Positions 1 to 9,477 of a DNA stretch of 64,000 bases are shown here, one piece after another. Numbering within the stretch: the first letter of the stretch is position 1; each line of letters opens with the position of its first letter. Both the position numbers and the translations under genes were made by a program. This stretch comes from Candidatus Thorarchaeota archaeon (lineage in GTDB: Archaea > Asgardarchaeota > Thorarchaeia > Thorarchaeales > Thorarchaeaceae): positions 18,476-82,475 of the forward strand of contig JBHLQM010000001.1 in the NCBI GenBank assembly GCA_048884785.1, in the 5' to 3' direction. The notes beneath the pieces were generated by a model that made no database searches, was not told where the DNA came from, and saw nothing but the letters and a program-made list of their open reading frames with translations.

Positions 1-522
1 GGAGATTCAGCTGTTGGCAAGACCAGCGCAATTATTCGATGGTGCGAGGGGTTCTTTCGTCAGGAGTATCAAAGCACCATGGGAGTACAGCATTATTCAA
101 GAGTAGTAAGCATTGGTAATGAAAAACCAACAGTGGTGAAGATGATGATTTGGGATCTTGCTGGTCAAGATATATTCAAGCATCTTCGCGCCGCATTCTA
201 TGAGGGCGCAAAGGGCATTGTGATGATGTTTGATGTGACCAGACAAGACACATTTACTTCTCTGCCAAACTGGATACGTGAAGCGATAGGCCATGTTGGT
301 ACTACCGTTCCCTATGTGATTGTGGGAAATAAGGCGGACCTTATTCCAGATGAAACCAAATTCTTTGGTGCTGCAGAATATGCACAATCATTGGGAGTGC
401 CATTTCTTCTGACAAGTGCGAAAACAGGCGAAAATATCGACGATTTGTTTTCAACTATAGGACAGATTGTACATAGTCAGGCTCAAGAAGAATTGAAGAA
501 AGGAAGTTCTTGGATTGAATAG
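1..522 (+). CDS. Rab/Ras-like small GTPase (5' partial; begins before window)
   Basis: Frame +1 from base 1 reads GDSAVGKT (G1), FRQEYQSTMGV (switch I), WDLAGQ (G3), NKAD (G4), TSAK (G5). The ORF track start at 79 misses the P-loop. Confidence 0.93.
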   Translation, partial: GDSAVGKTSAIIRWCEGFFRQEYQSTMGVQHYSRVVSIGNEKPTVVKMMIWDLAGQDIFKHLRAAFYEGAKGIVMMFDVTRQDTFTSLPNWIREAIGHVGTTVPYVIVGNKADLIPDETKFFGAAEYAQSLGVPFLLTSAKTGENIDDLFSTIGQIVHSQAQEELKKGSSWIE

Positions 523-524
523 AA

Positions 525-1337
525 CTACATCATATCGATGATTTCATCTAACGACTCTACAGTTACACTTGGAGTTCGATCCATATCACCTGAATCAAAT
601 TCAACAACATTATCTTTTCGTTCAATGAGAATTGTTGCTAATCCAGCTGCCTTCCCACCAGCTATATCGGATGCAGGATTATCACCAATCATGACTGAAG
701 TATCTGGAGTAAAGCCAAGACTCTTCACGGTTTCAATAAAAATCTCAGGAAGAGGTTTTCCAAGAACTACACATTGAACTCCAGTTGCATGTTCAATCGC
801 TGCAACAATCGAGCGTTCTCCAATATATACATCCTCAGAACCGAGATAAACGCCGGGGTAGTCCAAACTACCACTGATGCAGATTAATTCTGCACCGCTT
901 CTGACCATCTTTGTGGCGAAGTTTAGCTCAGGAAAAGTCATCCCTCGATCAGCTCCAACAGCCACAAAATCCACAGGAGGATTATTCACTACATCAAGTC
1001 CCCAGTCAATAAAGTCCTCCCTTGCACCACCTTCGCTTATTACGAAACAGCGTGCACCTGGCATTCGATTGTCAATGTATGCAGCGGCAGCAGCACCGGC
1101 ACTGAATGTGTGATTTCGCTCAAGCTTGAACCCAGCTGCCGTAACTACCCCATGAATCTGCCTCGCAGAAAGCCTTCCTACATTTGTGAGAACTGCGATT
1201 GTTTTTCCAATGTCCAGAAGATGATTCCACAATAGCAACGCATCGTCAAAGGGTTTTGGATGTTCCACATCCTGAACCAGAGTATTGTCAACATCAAATA
1301 TCCAGAGATCTAGCTTGCTGAGATTCATACAATTCAC
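525..1337 (-). CDS. HAD-superfamily subfamily IIA hydrolase (NagD-like phosphatase)
   Basis: FDVDNTL motif I, LTN motif II, GKP and MIGDNPASDI motifs III/IV. Confidence 0.9.
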   Translation of the reverse strand: MNCMNLSKLDLWIFDVDNTLVQDVEHPKPFDDALLLWNHLLDIGKTIAVLTNVGRLSARQIHGVVTAAGFKLERNHTFSAGAAAAAYIDNRMPGARCFVISEGGAREDFIDWGLDVVNNPPVDFVAVGADRGMTFPELNFATKMVRSGAELICISGSLDYPGVYLGSEDVYIGERSIVAAIEHATGVQCVVLGKPLPEIFIETVKSLGFTPDTSVMIGDNPASDIAGGKAAGLATILIERKDNVVEFDSGDMDRTPSVTVESLDEIIDMM

Positions 1338-1405
1338 ACACCGTGAAAGGATGTCATCCTCAAAAATCTGTCTAGAGGTTTTGAATGAGCTGCTGGCTAA
1401 AAGAA

Positions 1406-1756
1406 CTATTGGCTGCCAAGCAGAGGAATCACACAGATGAATCGAAATAGTTCTTTTCCCTCAGTATTGTCATATCCATGTTGCTCTAGAGATGGAATAA
1501 AGACAATATCATCTTTCTTGGCAAAGGTTTCCTTCTCTGCACCTAGTAGCTTGGCGGTTCCTTGTAAGATGAAAATTTCATGCTCCTCCTCGTGAGAATG
1601 AAGCGGGATAACTCCGCCTGGAGCTATCTCAAATAGTCGCATTGCGTATGTCTTTGCTCCAGTTCTTCGGTCAATCAGCCATCGCACAGTAGTTTTCTGT
1701 GCCCCATCCATGGTTATTTCTTCTCTATCGCGTTCTTTGTAGCTTAATACATACAT
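1406..1756 (-). CDS. Cupin domain protein
   Basis: PLHSHEEEHEIFILQG and FIPSLEQHGY cupin metal motifs. Start placed at MYVLSYK (1756) rather than 1819. Confidence 0.85.
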   Translation of the reverse strand: MYVLSYKERDREEITMDGAQKTTVRWLIDRRTGAKTYAMRLFEIAPGGVIPLHSHEEEHEIFILQGTAKLLGAEKETFAKKDDIVFIPSLEQHGYDNTEGKELFRFICVIPLLGSQ

Positions 1757-1912
1757 AGCGAGGACTTCCAGTGCGTTAAGTGAAACTGAGATATTCAAGT
1801 TCAGTGAATATATGAGCATTCGGATATGTTCACATATATCTAAACATAACAGAAAGGTTAATCTTACATCATCTGGATGTGCGAAAATAGCATGGCAGTT
1901 TGAAGACTGAGG

Positions 1913-2440
1913 ATGGGTTCTAGAGTGAGCGAAGAAGACACTTACCTACGCGCGAAATTGACTGAGATTAACAGCTCAATTGAACGGCTTACTGAGATGC
2001 TCAATCGAATGATAGATGTAATTTCTAGGATTGGAGAAGTGCAAGAAGCGACCACAGATCTTTCCGTCAGAATCGCAGAGAATAGCAGAAAACTTGACCA
2101 GATTATGCTCAGGATGGAAGGCACATCGACTGGTGTTCCTACATCATCAGGAAGGGCAGTCGAATCAAAAGGTGCAGTGTCTGCGCATGCGGCTATATTG
2201 GACAATCTTGAAGGTCACTTTCGAGAAGGGATTATAGCAAGCGACCTTGCTGCAAAGATATCTGAAGCGGCAACTGCCCTTGAAGAAAAGGGCATGACAG
2301 GGGGAGTTATAGTTAAGATGAATCGCTGGGTTCGAATTCTAAGAACCTATGGAAGAGTTGACTCTATCAGTCCGACCGACCTAGGAAAGCTCCGGACAGA
2401 TATCAGAGAATGGCAGAAGGAGTTGGCATCCTCAAGGTGA
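1913..2440 (+). CDS. Hypothetical protein with N-terminal coiled coil
   Basis: 175-aa ORF with heptad-like N-terminus (LTEINSSIERLTEMLNRM), fitting between neighbouring genes. Confidence 0.75.
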   Translation: MGSRVSEEDTYLRAKLTEINSSIERLTEMLNRMIDVISRIGEVQEATTDLSVRIAENSRKLDQIMLRMEGTSTGVPTSSGRAVESKGAVSAHAAILDNLEGHFREGIIASDLAAKISEAATALEEKGMTGGVIVKMNRWVRILRTYGRVDSISPTDLGKLRTDIREWQKELASSR

Positions 2441-2577
2441 GCCGCCCATACCAAAATGGTGCAAATGGACGGCAATTGTCGAAATGTGCAACTGAATCGT
2501 GCGAAGGCTGTTTTGTGAATACTTAATAGGGAAAAATATACAGTAAAACCAGCCGGGAAGCATGGGGTGCGATTACT

Positions 2578-2916
2578 ATGATACCATCCGAATGGGAAGA
2601 CAAGATTAGAATCATTATCGAGAAATTTCCCCATCCACACAACTCAAACCTGATTTCTTATTGGGATGAATGGATCTCATCAAACCCACAGTCACCATTC
2701 TACCAAAATTGGTCGGAATTCGCATCGGAGAAAGACGATCCCGAGTTGCTATACACTGAGGCCAGGGTGTATACAAAAAGAATCACCAATGAGCTAAGGG
2801 AGCTAGAGATTCCATTATCCACATGGCAAAAGGTAGCGAAAGCCTTAGCGGCAGTAGCGAGTATTTTTCTTGTTATTTTCCTCGCACTGTCAAGAGTTGC
2901 AAGGGCAAGTGATTAG
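2578..2916 (+). CDS. Hypothetical tail-anchored membrane protein
   Basis: 112 aa, Trp-rich soluble part, single C-terminal hydrophobic helix; GGGGTG SD-like sequence upstream. Confidence 0.75.
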   Translation: MIPSEWEDKIRIIIEKFPHPHNSNLISYWDEWISSNPQSPFYQNWSEFASEKDDPELLYTEARVYTKRITNELRELEIPLSTWQKVAKALAAVASIFLVIFLALSRVARASD

Positions 2917-2994
2917 TGAACTAGGTCACTCGCTTAAGCAGAGCTCTCAACTTATATCATCATTGAGCAGACGATTATGTAGAGAGAATAAGCT

Positions 2995-4476
2995 ATGATT
3001 GACATGCCTTCTACAATGCAGAAAGCAATTAGAAATGCAGCTACTGCGCTCTTTGCATCAGATAAGGTCCTAGCTGTTTCTCATATCGATGCCGATGGCA
3101 TTGCATCAATGGCAATTGTATTGGAAACCCTCACTCGTCTGAATAAACCACATAGGTGGAGAAACATCCATCAACTCAATTCAGAATCAATCCATGAAGT
3201 CAAAGAACTGGTTTTGGAATATTCACCAGACTTGGTGATTTTCAGTGACTTTGGTTCGGGTCAGGTAGATCTTATACAAAAACATATCTTACCAATGAAC
3301 GGTGTCAAAGGAGCAATAATATTGGATCATCACCTTCCGCCTAGTGGTAGAGAAGAATATCAGGAATTGGACCAAGAAGGAAAACTGATTGAAATCAATC
3401 CGTGTCAACATGGATTAAATGGGAGCAAGGATATCTCAGGCGCCGGCGTATCATTTCTTTTTTCGTTGTCAATATCCCCTGACAATTCAGACCTCAGTGA
3501 ATTGGCAATTGTAGGTGCTACTGGTGACCTTCAGGATTACTATGGTAAGGGATTTACTGGCCTAAATTTAGAGTTGATCAAACTTGGAATAAGCGGAAAT
3601 TACATCAGCGTGAATCGAGATCTCACTCTGTTTGGAATCAATACTAGACCACTTGTACAACTAATTCAGTATGCAACAGATCCATATCTACCAGGATTGA
3701 CTGGTGATCCTGATGCATGCTATGCCTTCTACAACCAGCTTGGAATTGAACTGAAGAATCGTGAAGACCAGTGGAAGCGATGGGTCGATCTCAATCAAGA
3801 CGAGAAGCAGAGGATTGTTCAAAAACTCATCAGCGAGCTACTTCATTTTTATGAAGATTCCAAAGTCGCTACTGGACTTATTGGTGATGTAATTGCATTG
3901 CTTCACCGTCCTCAGAGGAGTGAGATGAGCACTGCAAAGGAATTCTCCACGCTGCTGAATGCTTGCGGAAGAAATCGTCGCTCTGATATTGGAGTTAAAA
4001 TCTGCTTAGGCGATGAAGAAGCATTTCAAGCAGGGAAAGCATTGCTTCAACAACATCGAGCAAATTTGGCAATGGCAATCAGAAGAATCGAGGATGGAGG
4101 ATTTGAGGAGCGTGAAGGAATATATGTTGTTAATGATCCTCAAACCCAAGATACTATTATCGGTGTCGTTATTGGGATGGCCCAAGGTTCCAACATAATT
4201 CCAGGTGATAAGCCTGTAATTGGAATTAGCACGAATACCACTGATGATGGACCTCTTGTTAAAATATCTGGAAGAGCACGCAGGCATGTAGTGAAGAGAG
4301 GGGTCAATCTGAAAGATGTCTTCACAGCAACAGCAGATGAGTTGAACAATAAGTATCACAAATTAGTTGCAGAAGCCGGAGGACATCCTATGGCAGCAGG
4401 AGCGTTTATCCAAAACGATTACTTGGATGAGTTTGTTAATAGAGTTTCAACTGCTATTGCTATAAAACTTCAGTAA
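2995..4476 (+). CDS. recJ: DHH-family phosphoesterase, archaeal RecJ/GAN/Cdc45-like exonuclease
   Basis: HIDADG, SDFGS, LDHH motifs and DHHA1 GGHPMAAG. Confidence 0.88.
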   Translation: MIDMPSTMQKAIRNAATALFASDKVLAVSHIDADGIASMAIVLETLTRLNKPHRWRNIHQLNSESIHEVKELVLEYSPDLVIFSDFGSGQVDLIQKHILPMNGVKGAIILDHHLPPSGREEYQELDQEGKLIEINPCQHGLNGSKDISGAGVSFLFSLSISPDNSDLSELAIVGATGDLQDYYGKGFTGLNLELIKLGISGNYISVNRDLTLFGINTRPLVQLIQYATDPYLPGLTGDPDACYAFYNQLGIELKNREDQWKRWVDLNQDEKQRIVQKLISELLHFYEDSKVATGLIGDVIALLHRPQRSEMSTAKEFSTLLNACGRNRRSDIGVKICLGDEEAFQAGKALLQQHRANLAMAIRRIEDGGFEEREGIYVVNDPQTQDTIIGVVIGMAQGSNIIPGDKPVIGISTNTTDDGPLVKISGRARRHVVKRGVNLKDVFTATADELNNKYHKLVAEAGGHPMAAGAFIQNDYLDEFVNRVSTAIAIKLQ

Positions 4477-4515
4477 AAAATGATGGTGAGAGGGAAAATC
4501 CCCCTCTTGGAGCTT

Positions 4516-4986
4516 CTAATAATCCTCGGAAGTTAGTGATGCACCAATTATCCCTGGAATGAAAAGAAGTCCAAATGAAACACCAACATCGATTGCAATA
4601 TTCTGCAAAAGAGCCGAAAGAACAGCTGCATCAAGAGCAAGTCCCATCGACAACATTGCATATCCGAGGAAAAAGACTGCAACCGATATAATCGATACTA
4701 CTAGCATTCGCACTCCACTCTTTGATATTAGACCTGCAATGAATCCCGCAACGCCAAGTGCGACAAGTGGGGCATATGCGCCACTCAGTGCGAATGTATA
4801 TGGAAATAGGAGTTCTGCAAATAGCAATGCACCTTGATAACTCAATGCATCAGTGAGACTGGGAGATTGAAGAATAGCCTGTATAGCAGCCACATCAAGT
4901 CCCAGAATTTGAAAGGCACCAATGATAATTGCCACCACTAGTGCGACTACCAATGCCATTATTGTTCTAAACATTTTAAATAACAC
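4516..4986 (-). CDS. Hypothetical integral membrane protein
   Basis: 156 aa, about 4 hydrophobic helices. Confidence 0.8.
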   Translation of the reverse strand: MLFKMFRTIMALVVALVVAIIIGAFQILGLDVAAIQAILQSPSLTDALSYQGALLFAELLFPYTFALSGAYAPLVALGVAGFIAGLISKSGVRMLVVSIISVAVFFLGYAMLSMGLALDAAVLSALLQNIAIDVGVSFGLLFIPGIIGASLTSEDY

Positions 4987-5065
4987 ATCCTGTATCAGAA
5001 CTGAGGATTAATGTTGGCTTCACTTAGTGCTCGACTGTTTATATCTCTTAGGTCTAGCTATTCAA

Positions 5066-5503
5066 TCATAGCAGATTAATTCGCGCTTGAGCTTTTGCTA
5101 TGAGCTCAGCAACAGCTGGAGGCATCTCATCCAGAGGAAGATAATCAGGTGAAAACCAACATACTTCAGCTTCTGGAAATTCCGGCCTTATTTCTTCTGT
5201 CAATGCCCGCGCAAGATAGTGATTCAGCAAGAAATGATATTGCACTGCATTATTTGTATCCCGATGGATAATATCAAACGTGGAGAGAAACTCAATTACG
5301 GAACAACTCACGCCTGTTTCTTCCAAAACCTCGCGTTTGACTGACTCTTCTTGGGTTTCTCCAAGCTCTACTCCTCCGCCAGGAATACTCCAAAGACCTC
5401 TTGAAGGTTCCTTGACCCTTCTAACAAGCAGTATTCCTTTTGTGCCAAAAACAACCGCACCAACACCAGGGATTGGAAATTGAGGATATTGACGTTCGCT
5501 CAT
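5066..5503 (-). CDS. NUDIX hydrolase (ADP-ribose pyrophosphatase-like)
   Basis: Nudix box GGVELGETQEESVKREVLEETG. Confidence 0.92.
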   Translation of the reverse strand: MSERQYPQFPIPGVGAVVFGTKGILLVRRVKEPSRGLWSIPGGGVELGETQEESVKREVLEETGVSCSVIEFLSTFDIIHRDTNNAVQYHFLLNHYLARALTEEIRPEFPEAEVCWFSPDYLPLDEMPPAVAELIAKAQARINLL

Positions 5504-5521
5504 CCTAATTGCATTAGAATT

Positions 5522-6706
5522 TTAAAAGGTTAAAAGACCTCTGGGCATCTCAATTGGCTCTTTGCAATTAGAGCACTCAACAGATTTGTATGGATCAAAG
5601 TTTGGAAATGTATCGAGTTCATATTTGAAACTGGACCCGCATTTCTTGCAGTTGATTCTAACATAGCCTCTCAATTCAATTGCCTTGTTCCAAGCCTTTA
5701 GGGCTTGTTCTTTAATGCCCATTCTGTCATATTCGATTGCTAGTGATATCCAAGGTGCCGCTGCGCCAGGATCATTTTGGGTCCATTTCAATAAGCAATC
5801 CAGCTGCTTAGAATTCCATCCCAGCTCTGAATATGCGTAACATAGACCTCGAAGGCATTCAGTTGAATACTCAATCTGCAACTCAGCCGTTTCGAGGTAT
5901 TTGTTGCAGGAAGCGATGTCACCATTGTTATGACTTATGACAGCTAGTCTTGAGAGTGCCTGGACATTATTTGGGTCCACTTTGAGGGCTTTTGTGAAGA
6001 AATCAACAGCTCTCTCTTCATTGCCTTGTGCAAGGGAAATCATGCCCATCAAAACAAGAGACCTATCATCGTTAGAAGCCATGGCGTAGGTGGACTCAAC
6101 TAACGGAACTGCCTCATTCACTCTACCCTGCAATAGCAATGTATAGGCGTAGTTTGCCCTTGCTGCCATAAGACTTGGACTTAGCTCATAAAGTGTTGCC
6201 CATTCTATCGTTGCCTGAGTAAAATCACCAAGCCGATGAAGCGCAAGCGCGTATGTGCCTCTAAGGGAAAGATCCTCTGGAAATAGAAGAATTGCCTCCT
6301 CCAGTATTCGTACTGCCTCCCTATAGTCAGTCTTATCGTGCAGGAGTCGACCAAGTTCAATCCAATGCTCAGGTTCTTCAGGTTCAAGTTCAATTGCATG
6401 ACGGAGTTCAACCTCAGCCTCCTCAAGTCGTCCTAGTACTCGAAGTGCTCGACCTAAGAACAAAGCAACAACGCAGTGGTCTTCAACCATCTCTTGTGCT
6501 CGACGTAGAACACGAACGGCATCTTTTGGTTTTTCAGCTTGGACATAGGCAATTCCGAGATAGACAAGTGCATCAGGTTCAGGATTGTACCTCTTCGCCA
6601 GCGGTTCAAGTATCTGAATTGCTTCTTCAATTCGTTCCTCTTCAATAGCCCGCATGGCCTTTTTGATGCTATCGTCAATCAAATTCCGTCTTGCCTCATA
6701 GTCCAA
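5522..6706 (-). CDS. TPR-repeat protein with C-terminal zinc ribbon
   Basis: Multiple TPR consensus repeats (e.g. LGRALRVLGRLEEAEVELRHAIELEP); C-terminal CKKC...CSNC. Confidence 0.88.
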   Translation of the reverse strand: MDYEARRNLIDDSIKKAMRAIEEERIEEAIQILEPLAKRYNPEPDALVYLGIAYVQAEKPKDAVRVLRRAQEMVEDHCVVALFLGRALRVLGRLEEAEVELRHAIELEPEEPEHWIELGRLLHDKTDYREAVRILEEAILLFPEDLSLRGTYALALHRLGDFTQATIEWATLYELSPSLMAARANYAYTLLLQGRVNEAVPLVESTYAMASNDDRSLVLMGMISLAQGNEERAVDFFTKALKVDPNNVQALSRLAVISHNNGDIASCNKYLETAELQIEYSTECLRGLCYAYSELGWNSKQLDCLLKWTQNDPGAAAPWISLAIEYDRMGIKEQALKAWNKAIELRGYVRINCKKCGSSFKYELDTFPNFDPYKSVECSNCKEPIEMPRGLLTF

Positions 6707-6762
6707 TGCATCGGCAGAATAGCAGAAGTTCGATTATAAGTAGCCATCGTTATGGCAAAATT

Positions 6763-7605
6763 GTGAACGACCATAGAATATCAACGCCATTCTCAGTGCT
6801 TCATGCGGCAAGTCTGCTGAGTCAAACTTCAAGAATCCGCAAATTTGCAGAGGCAATATCCAGAGTAGTAACGCCTGATACAAGAGTAGTTGATGTTGGG
6901 ACAGGAAGCGGAATCCTCGCGATGCTTGCGGCTAAAGCAGGAGCAGCAGAAGTTGTGGCACTTGATATAAACCAAGAATCAGTGGAATATGCAAAGAAGG
7001 CAGCATTCATGAATGGGCTGAATGATAGGATAGACTTTCGTGTCTGCCACTTTGCTGACTATTTTCCTGAGGAGAAATTTGACGTTGTAATCTGTGAGAT
7101 GCTCTCTGCTATGCTGCTAGTAGAACAGCAGATACCTGCAACCAGGCATATCTGGAGCTATGTGATAAAGAAAGATGGAGTTTTCCTGCCAAGTAGCGTC
7201 AGGACCTATATTGCCACAGTCCAATGTGATTCGATTTGGAATAGATTCTCCATACAGAATCTACTTTTCCCCATGTTGCCTCAATCGGTTGCCAAAGGCC
7301 AAACAGATGACTTAACAGATCTTCAAGAATTATCCTTTTTCAATCTCTCAACCATTTGTGATGAGTTTATGGTCGAAAAGACCCTGAAAATGGATATAGT
7401 TCAAGATGGTGTTGCACACGGAATTATAGGAGTTTTCGAAGCATCCCTGGTTGATGATATAAGACTGAGAATGGAAGATGGATGGAGGGAACTCTTCGTT
7501 CCATTTCAGAGAATGATTGACGTGAAGAGTGGAGATGTATTGGAAGTCTACATAAGCTATCAACCAGGAAGGCTAGATACCATTTGCATAGATGCGAATC
7601 TATAG
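6763..7605 (+). CDS. Class I SAM-dependent methyltransferase, protein arginine methyltransferase (PRMT)-like
   Basis: VVDVGTGSGILAMLAAKAGA motif I; DVVICEMLSAMLLVEQ double-E-like loop; C-terminal beta-rich region with DGWRELFVPF. Start placed at in-frame GTG 6763 to avoid overlapping the divergent TPR gene. Confidence 0.8.
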   Translation: MNDHRISTPFSVLHAASLLSQTSRIRKFAEAISRVVTPDTRVVDVGTGSGILAMLAAKAGAAEVVALDINQESVEYAKKAAFMNGLNDRIDFRVCHFADYFPEEKFDVVICEMLSAMLLVEQQIPATRHIWSYVIKKDGVFLPSSVRTYIATVQCDSIWNRFSIQNLLFPMLPQSVAKGQTDDLTDLQELSFFNLSTICDEFMVEKTLKMDIVQDGVAHGIIGVFEASLVDDIRLRMEDGWRELFVPFQRMIDVKSGDVLEVYISYQPGRLDTICIDANL

Positions 7606-7660
7606 GATTGGCCAAGCAGACATACTTTTATCACCTTGAGACTGGCCGTTGACATGAGTT

Positions 7661-8338
7661 GTGACTATTATGGAACTCAAGGGTCCTCTTTGCTACGTAC
7701 TTGACTATGACGACATCGCGAATTATGCGTACCAGACTGCTCTCCGAATTCGAGAGTCAGGATGGAAACCAGAGGCAATCATTGGTATTGCCCGTGGAGG
7801 ATGGGTGCATGCACGAATTCAGTGCGATTTGCTGGGCGTTAAAAACCTGCATAGCGTAAAGGTAGACCATTGGGGGGTTACAGCAACGCGAGATGGAAAA
7901 GCCATGCTTTCATGTCCACTGGTGGGTGATGTCGAAGGCATGCGTGTCCTGGTAGTCGATGACATAACAGACACCGGGGAGAGTCTTATGACTGCTGTGA
8001 ACCACATAAAGGATACAGGGAAACCTGCAGAAGTGAAGACAGCAACATTGATGCATATTGTCGGGTCCAAATTTGTTCCCGATTTCTTTGGAGTTGAGGT
8101 CACATGGGCATGGGAGATATGGCCATGGAACTTCTATGAAGACATCACATCTCTCATAATGAAGATCTTTGAGGGAGAGAAGATTACAGATATGACTACA
8201 GCAGAGGTAAAGAAGCACCTGCGTGAATACAACAATATTGTCCTCTCAGACGAACAACTTTCCAAAGTCAAATCGCATATGGGTTTCCTTGGCAAAATCG
8301 TATATCCATTAGACAAGCACTGGAGAAAGAACGTATAA
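7661..8338 (+). CDS. Type I purine phosphoribosyltransferase (archaeal HGPRT/XPRT-like)
   Basis: IARGG and PRPP-binding VLVVDDITDTGESL motifs; WEIWPW tail. Confidence 0.9.
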   Translation: MTIMELKGPLCYVLDYDDIANYAYQTALRIRESGWKPEAIIGIARGGWVHARIQCDLLGVKNLHSVKVDHWGVTATRDGKAMLSCPLVGDVEGMRVLVVDDITDTGESLMTAVNHIKDTGKPAEVKTATLMHIVGSKFVPDFFGVEVTWAWEIWPWNFYEDITSLIMKIFEGEKITDMTTAEVKKHLREYNNIVLSDEQLSKVKSHMGFLGKIVYPLDKHWRKNV

Positions 8339-8434
8339 TCAGGCAGTATCAGTGCCTCTCCTTGGCATTTCAGTAGTTATAAATGGAGGAGAGAGCCATA
8401 GTTCTCACAGAACTCTAGGAGTTGACATTGAGAG

Positions 8435-9298
8435 ATGGCTTTTGAAGCAAAACTCGATTACGCACTTATAGATAGGTCCCAGAAGGAGGATTTCGAGTCA
8501 GCACTGCCAGTTGAGATCGGGATGTTTGGCGGAAGTGGCAACTATGACTCTGATGTCATTAGTAATCCAATTGAAGTCAAAGTCTTTACACCGTTTGGTG
8601 CTGCATCAGACAATTTTATTATTGGTACAGTCAAGAGAAGAGCATTTGCATTTCTGGCGCGTCACAAACGCGGCCATACCATTCCACCCCATGCAATTAA
8701 TTACAGGGCCAATATCTGGGGAATGAAAGCGCTTGGTGTTAAGAGAATAATATCGCCAGCTGCGTGTGGGAGTCTTCAGCCTCAAAAGGTCAAACTTGGT
8801 GAATTTGTTATAGCGGACCAGATTTTTGATAGAACTTTTGGACAGAGAAAAGATACTTTCTTTGAGGGAGGACCGATTGCACACCTCCCCTTTGCCGATC
8901 CTTTCTGCCCCGAGTTAAGAGGAGTTGCATTGCAGACTGCTGCAAAGCTGAAGTACAAAGTGCATGATGGAGGAACCTATGTTTGTATCAATGGGCCACG
9001 ATTCTCCTCAAGAGCTGAATCGCTTTTCTACAATAGAAATGGATGGGATGTAATTGGAATGACTGCCTATCCTGAAGCCCCTCTAGCCAGAGAGGCTGGT
9101 ATATGTTTCGTAAATATATCGATGCCCACAGATTATGATGTAGCTGGAGAGGAAGGACCAGTCACGCATGAGCTTGTTCTCAGAACAATGTCGCAAAATG
9201 TTGAACGAGTTCGTAAGCTCACATTCGATATGATTGATAATATTCCACAAGAAGCTAGTTGCAGCTGTCAGACAGCTATGAAAGGTGGATTATTCTAG
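8435..9298 (+). CDS. mtnP: 5'-methylthioadenosine phosphorylase (MTAP/PNP family)
   Basis: GGSG, LARH, NYRANIW, GPRFSSRAES, IGMT and TDYD motifs. Confidence 0.9.
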   Translation: MAFEAKLDYALIDRSQKEDFESALPVEIGMFGGSGNYDSDVISNPIEVKVFTPFGAASDNFIIGTVKRRAFAFLARHKRGHTIPPHAINYRANIWGMKALGVKRIISPAACGSLQPQKVKLGEFVIADQIFDRTFGQRKDTFFEGGPIAHLPFADPFCPELRGVALQTAAKLKYKVHDGGTYVCINGPRFSSRAESLFYNRNGWDVIGMTAYPEAPLAREAGICFVNISMPTDYDVAGEEGPVTHELVLRTMSQNVERVRKLTFDMIDNIPQEASCSCQTAMKGGLF

Positions 9299-9309
9299 AG
9301 AATACAAAC

Positions 9310-9338
9310 AGGGGTGAGTGTGTAATGCACCCACCCCT
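9310..9338. terminator. Stem-loop between convergent mtnP and acidic micro-ORF
   Basis: AGGGGTGAGTGT...GCACCCACCCCT imperfect inverted repeat starting 12 nt after the mtnP stop. Confidence 0.55.
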
Positions 9339-9381
9339 ATGAAGAATTCAGGTTATACGATCTCAGAGTCATGAACCGCGA

Positions 9382-9477
9382 CTACCAATCGTCGTCGTCG
9401 TCGTCGGCCCAGTCATCGTCGAAGTCGTCATCCCAATCCTCATCGTCTTCATCAAACCATAGTTTCTCGATGAACAA
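9382..9477 (-). CDS. 31-aa acidic Trp-rich micro-protein MFIEKLWFDEDDEDWDDDFDDDWADDDDDDW (not in ORF track)
   Basis: TTG start 8 nt after GAGGTG SD; in-frame TGA immediately upstream; TAG stop; mixed GAT/GAC Asp codons. Confidence 0.7.
   Translation of the reverse strand: MFIEKLWFDEDDEDWDDDFDDDWADDDDDDW

Noticed and set aside
9391-9405. (GTC)5 trinucleotide repeat as a microsatellite
   Set aside because: It is the Asp codon run (GAC) of the - strand micro-ORF, so no separate repeat was called.
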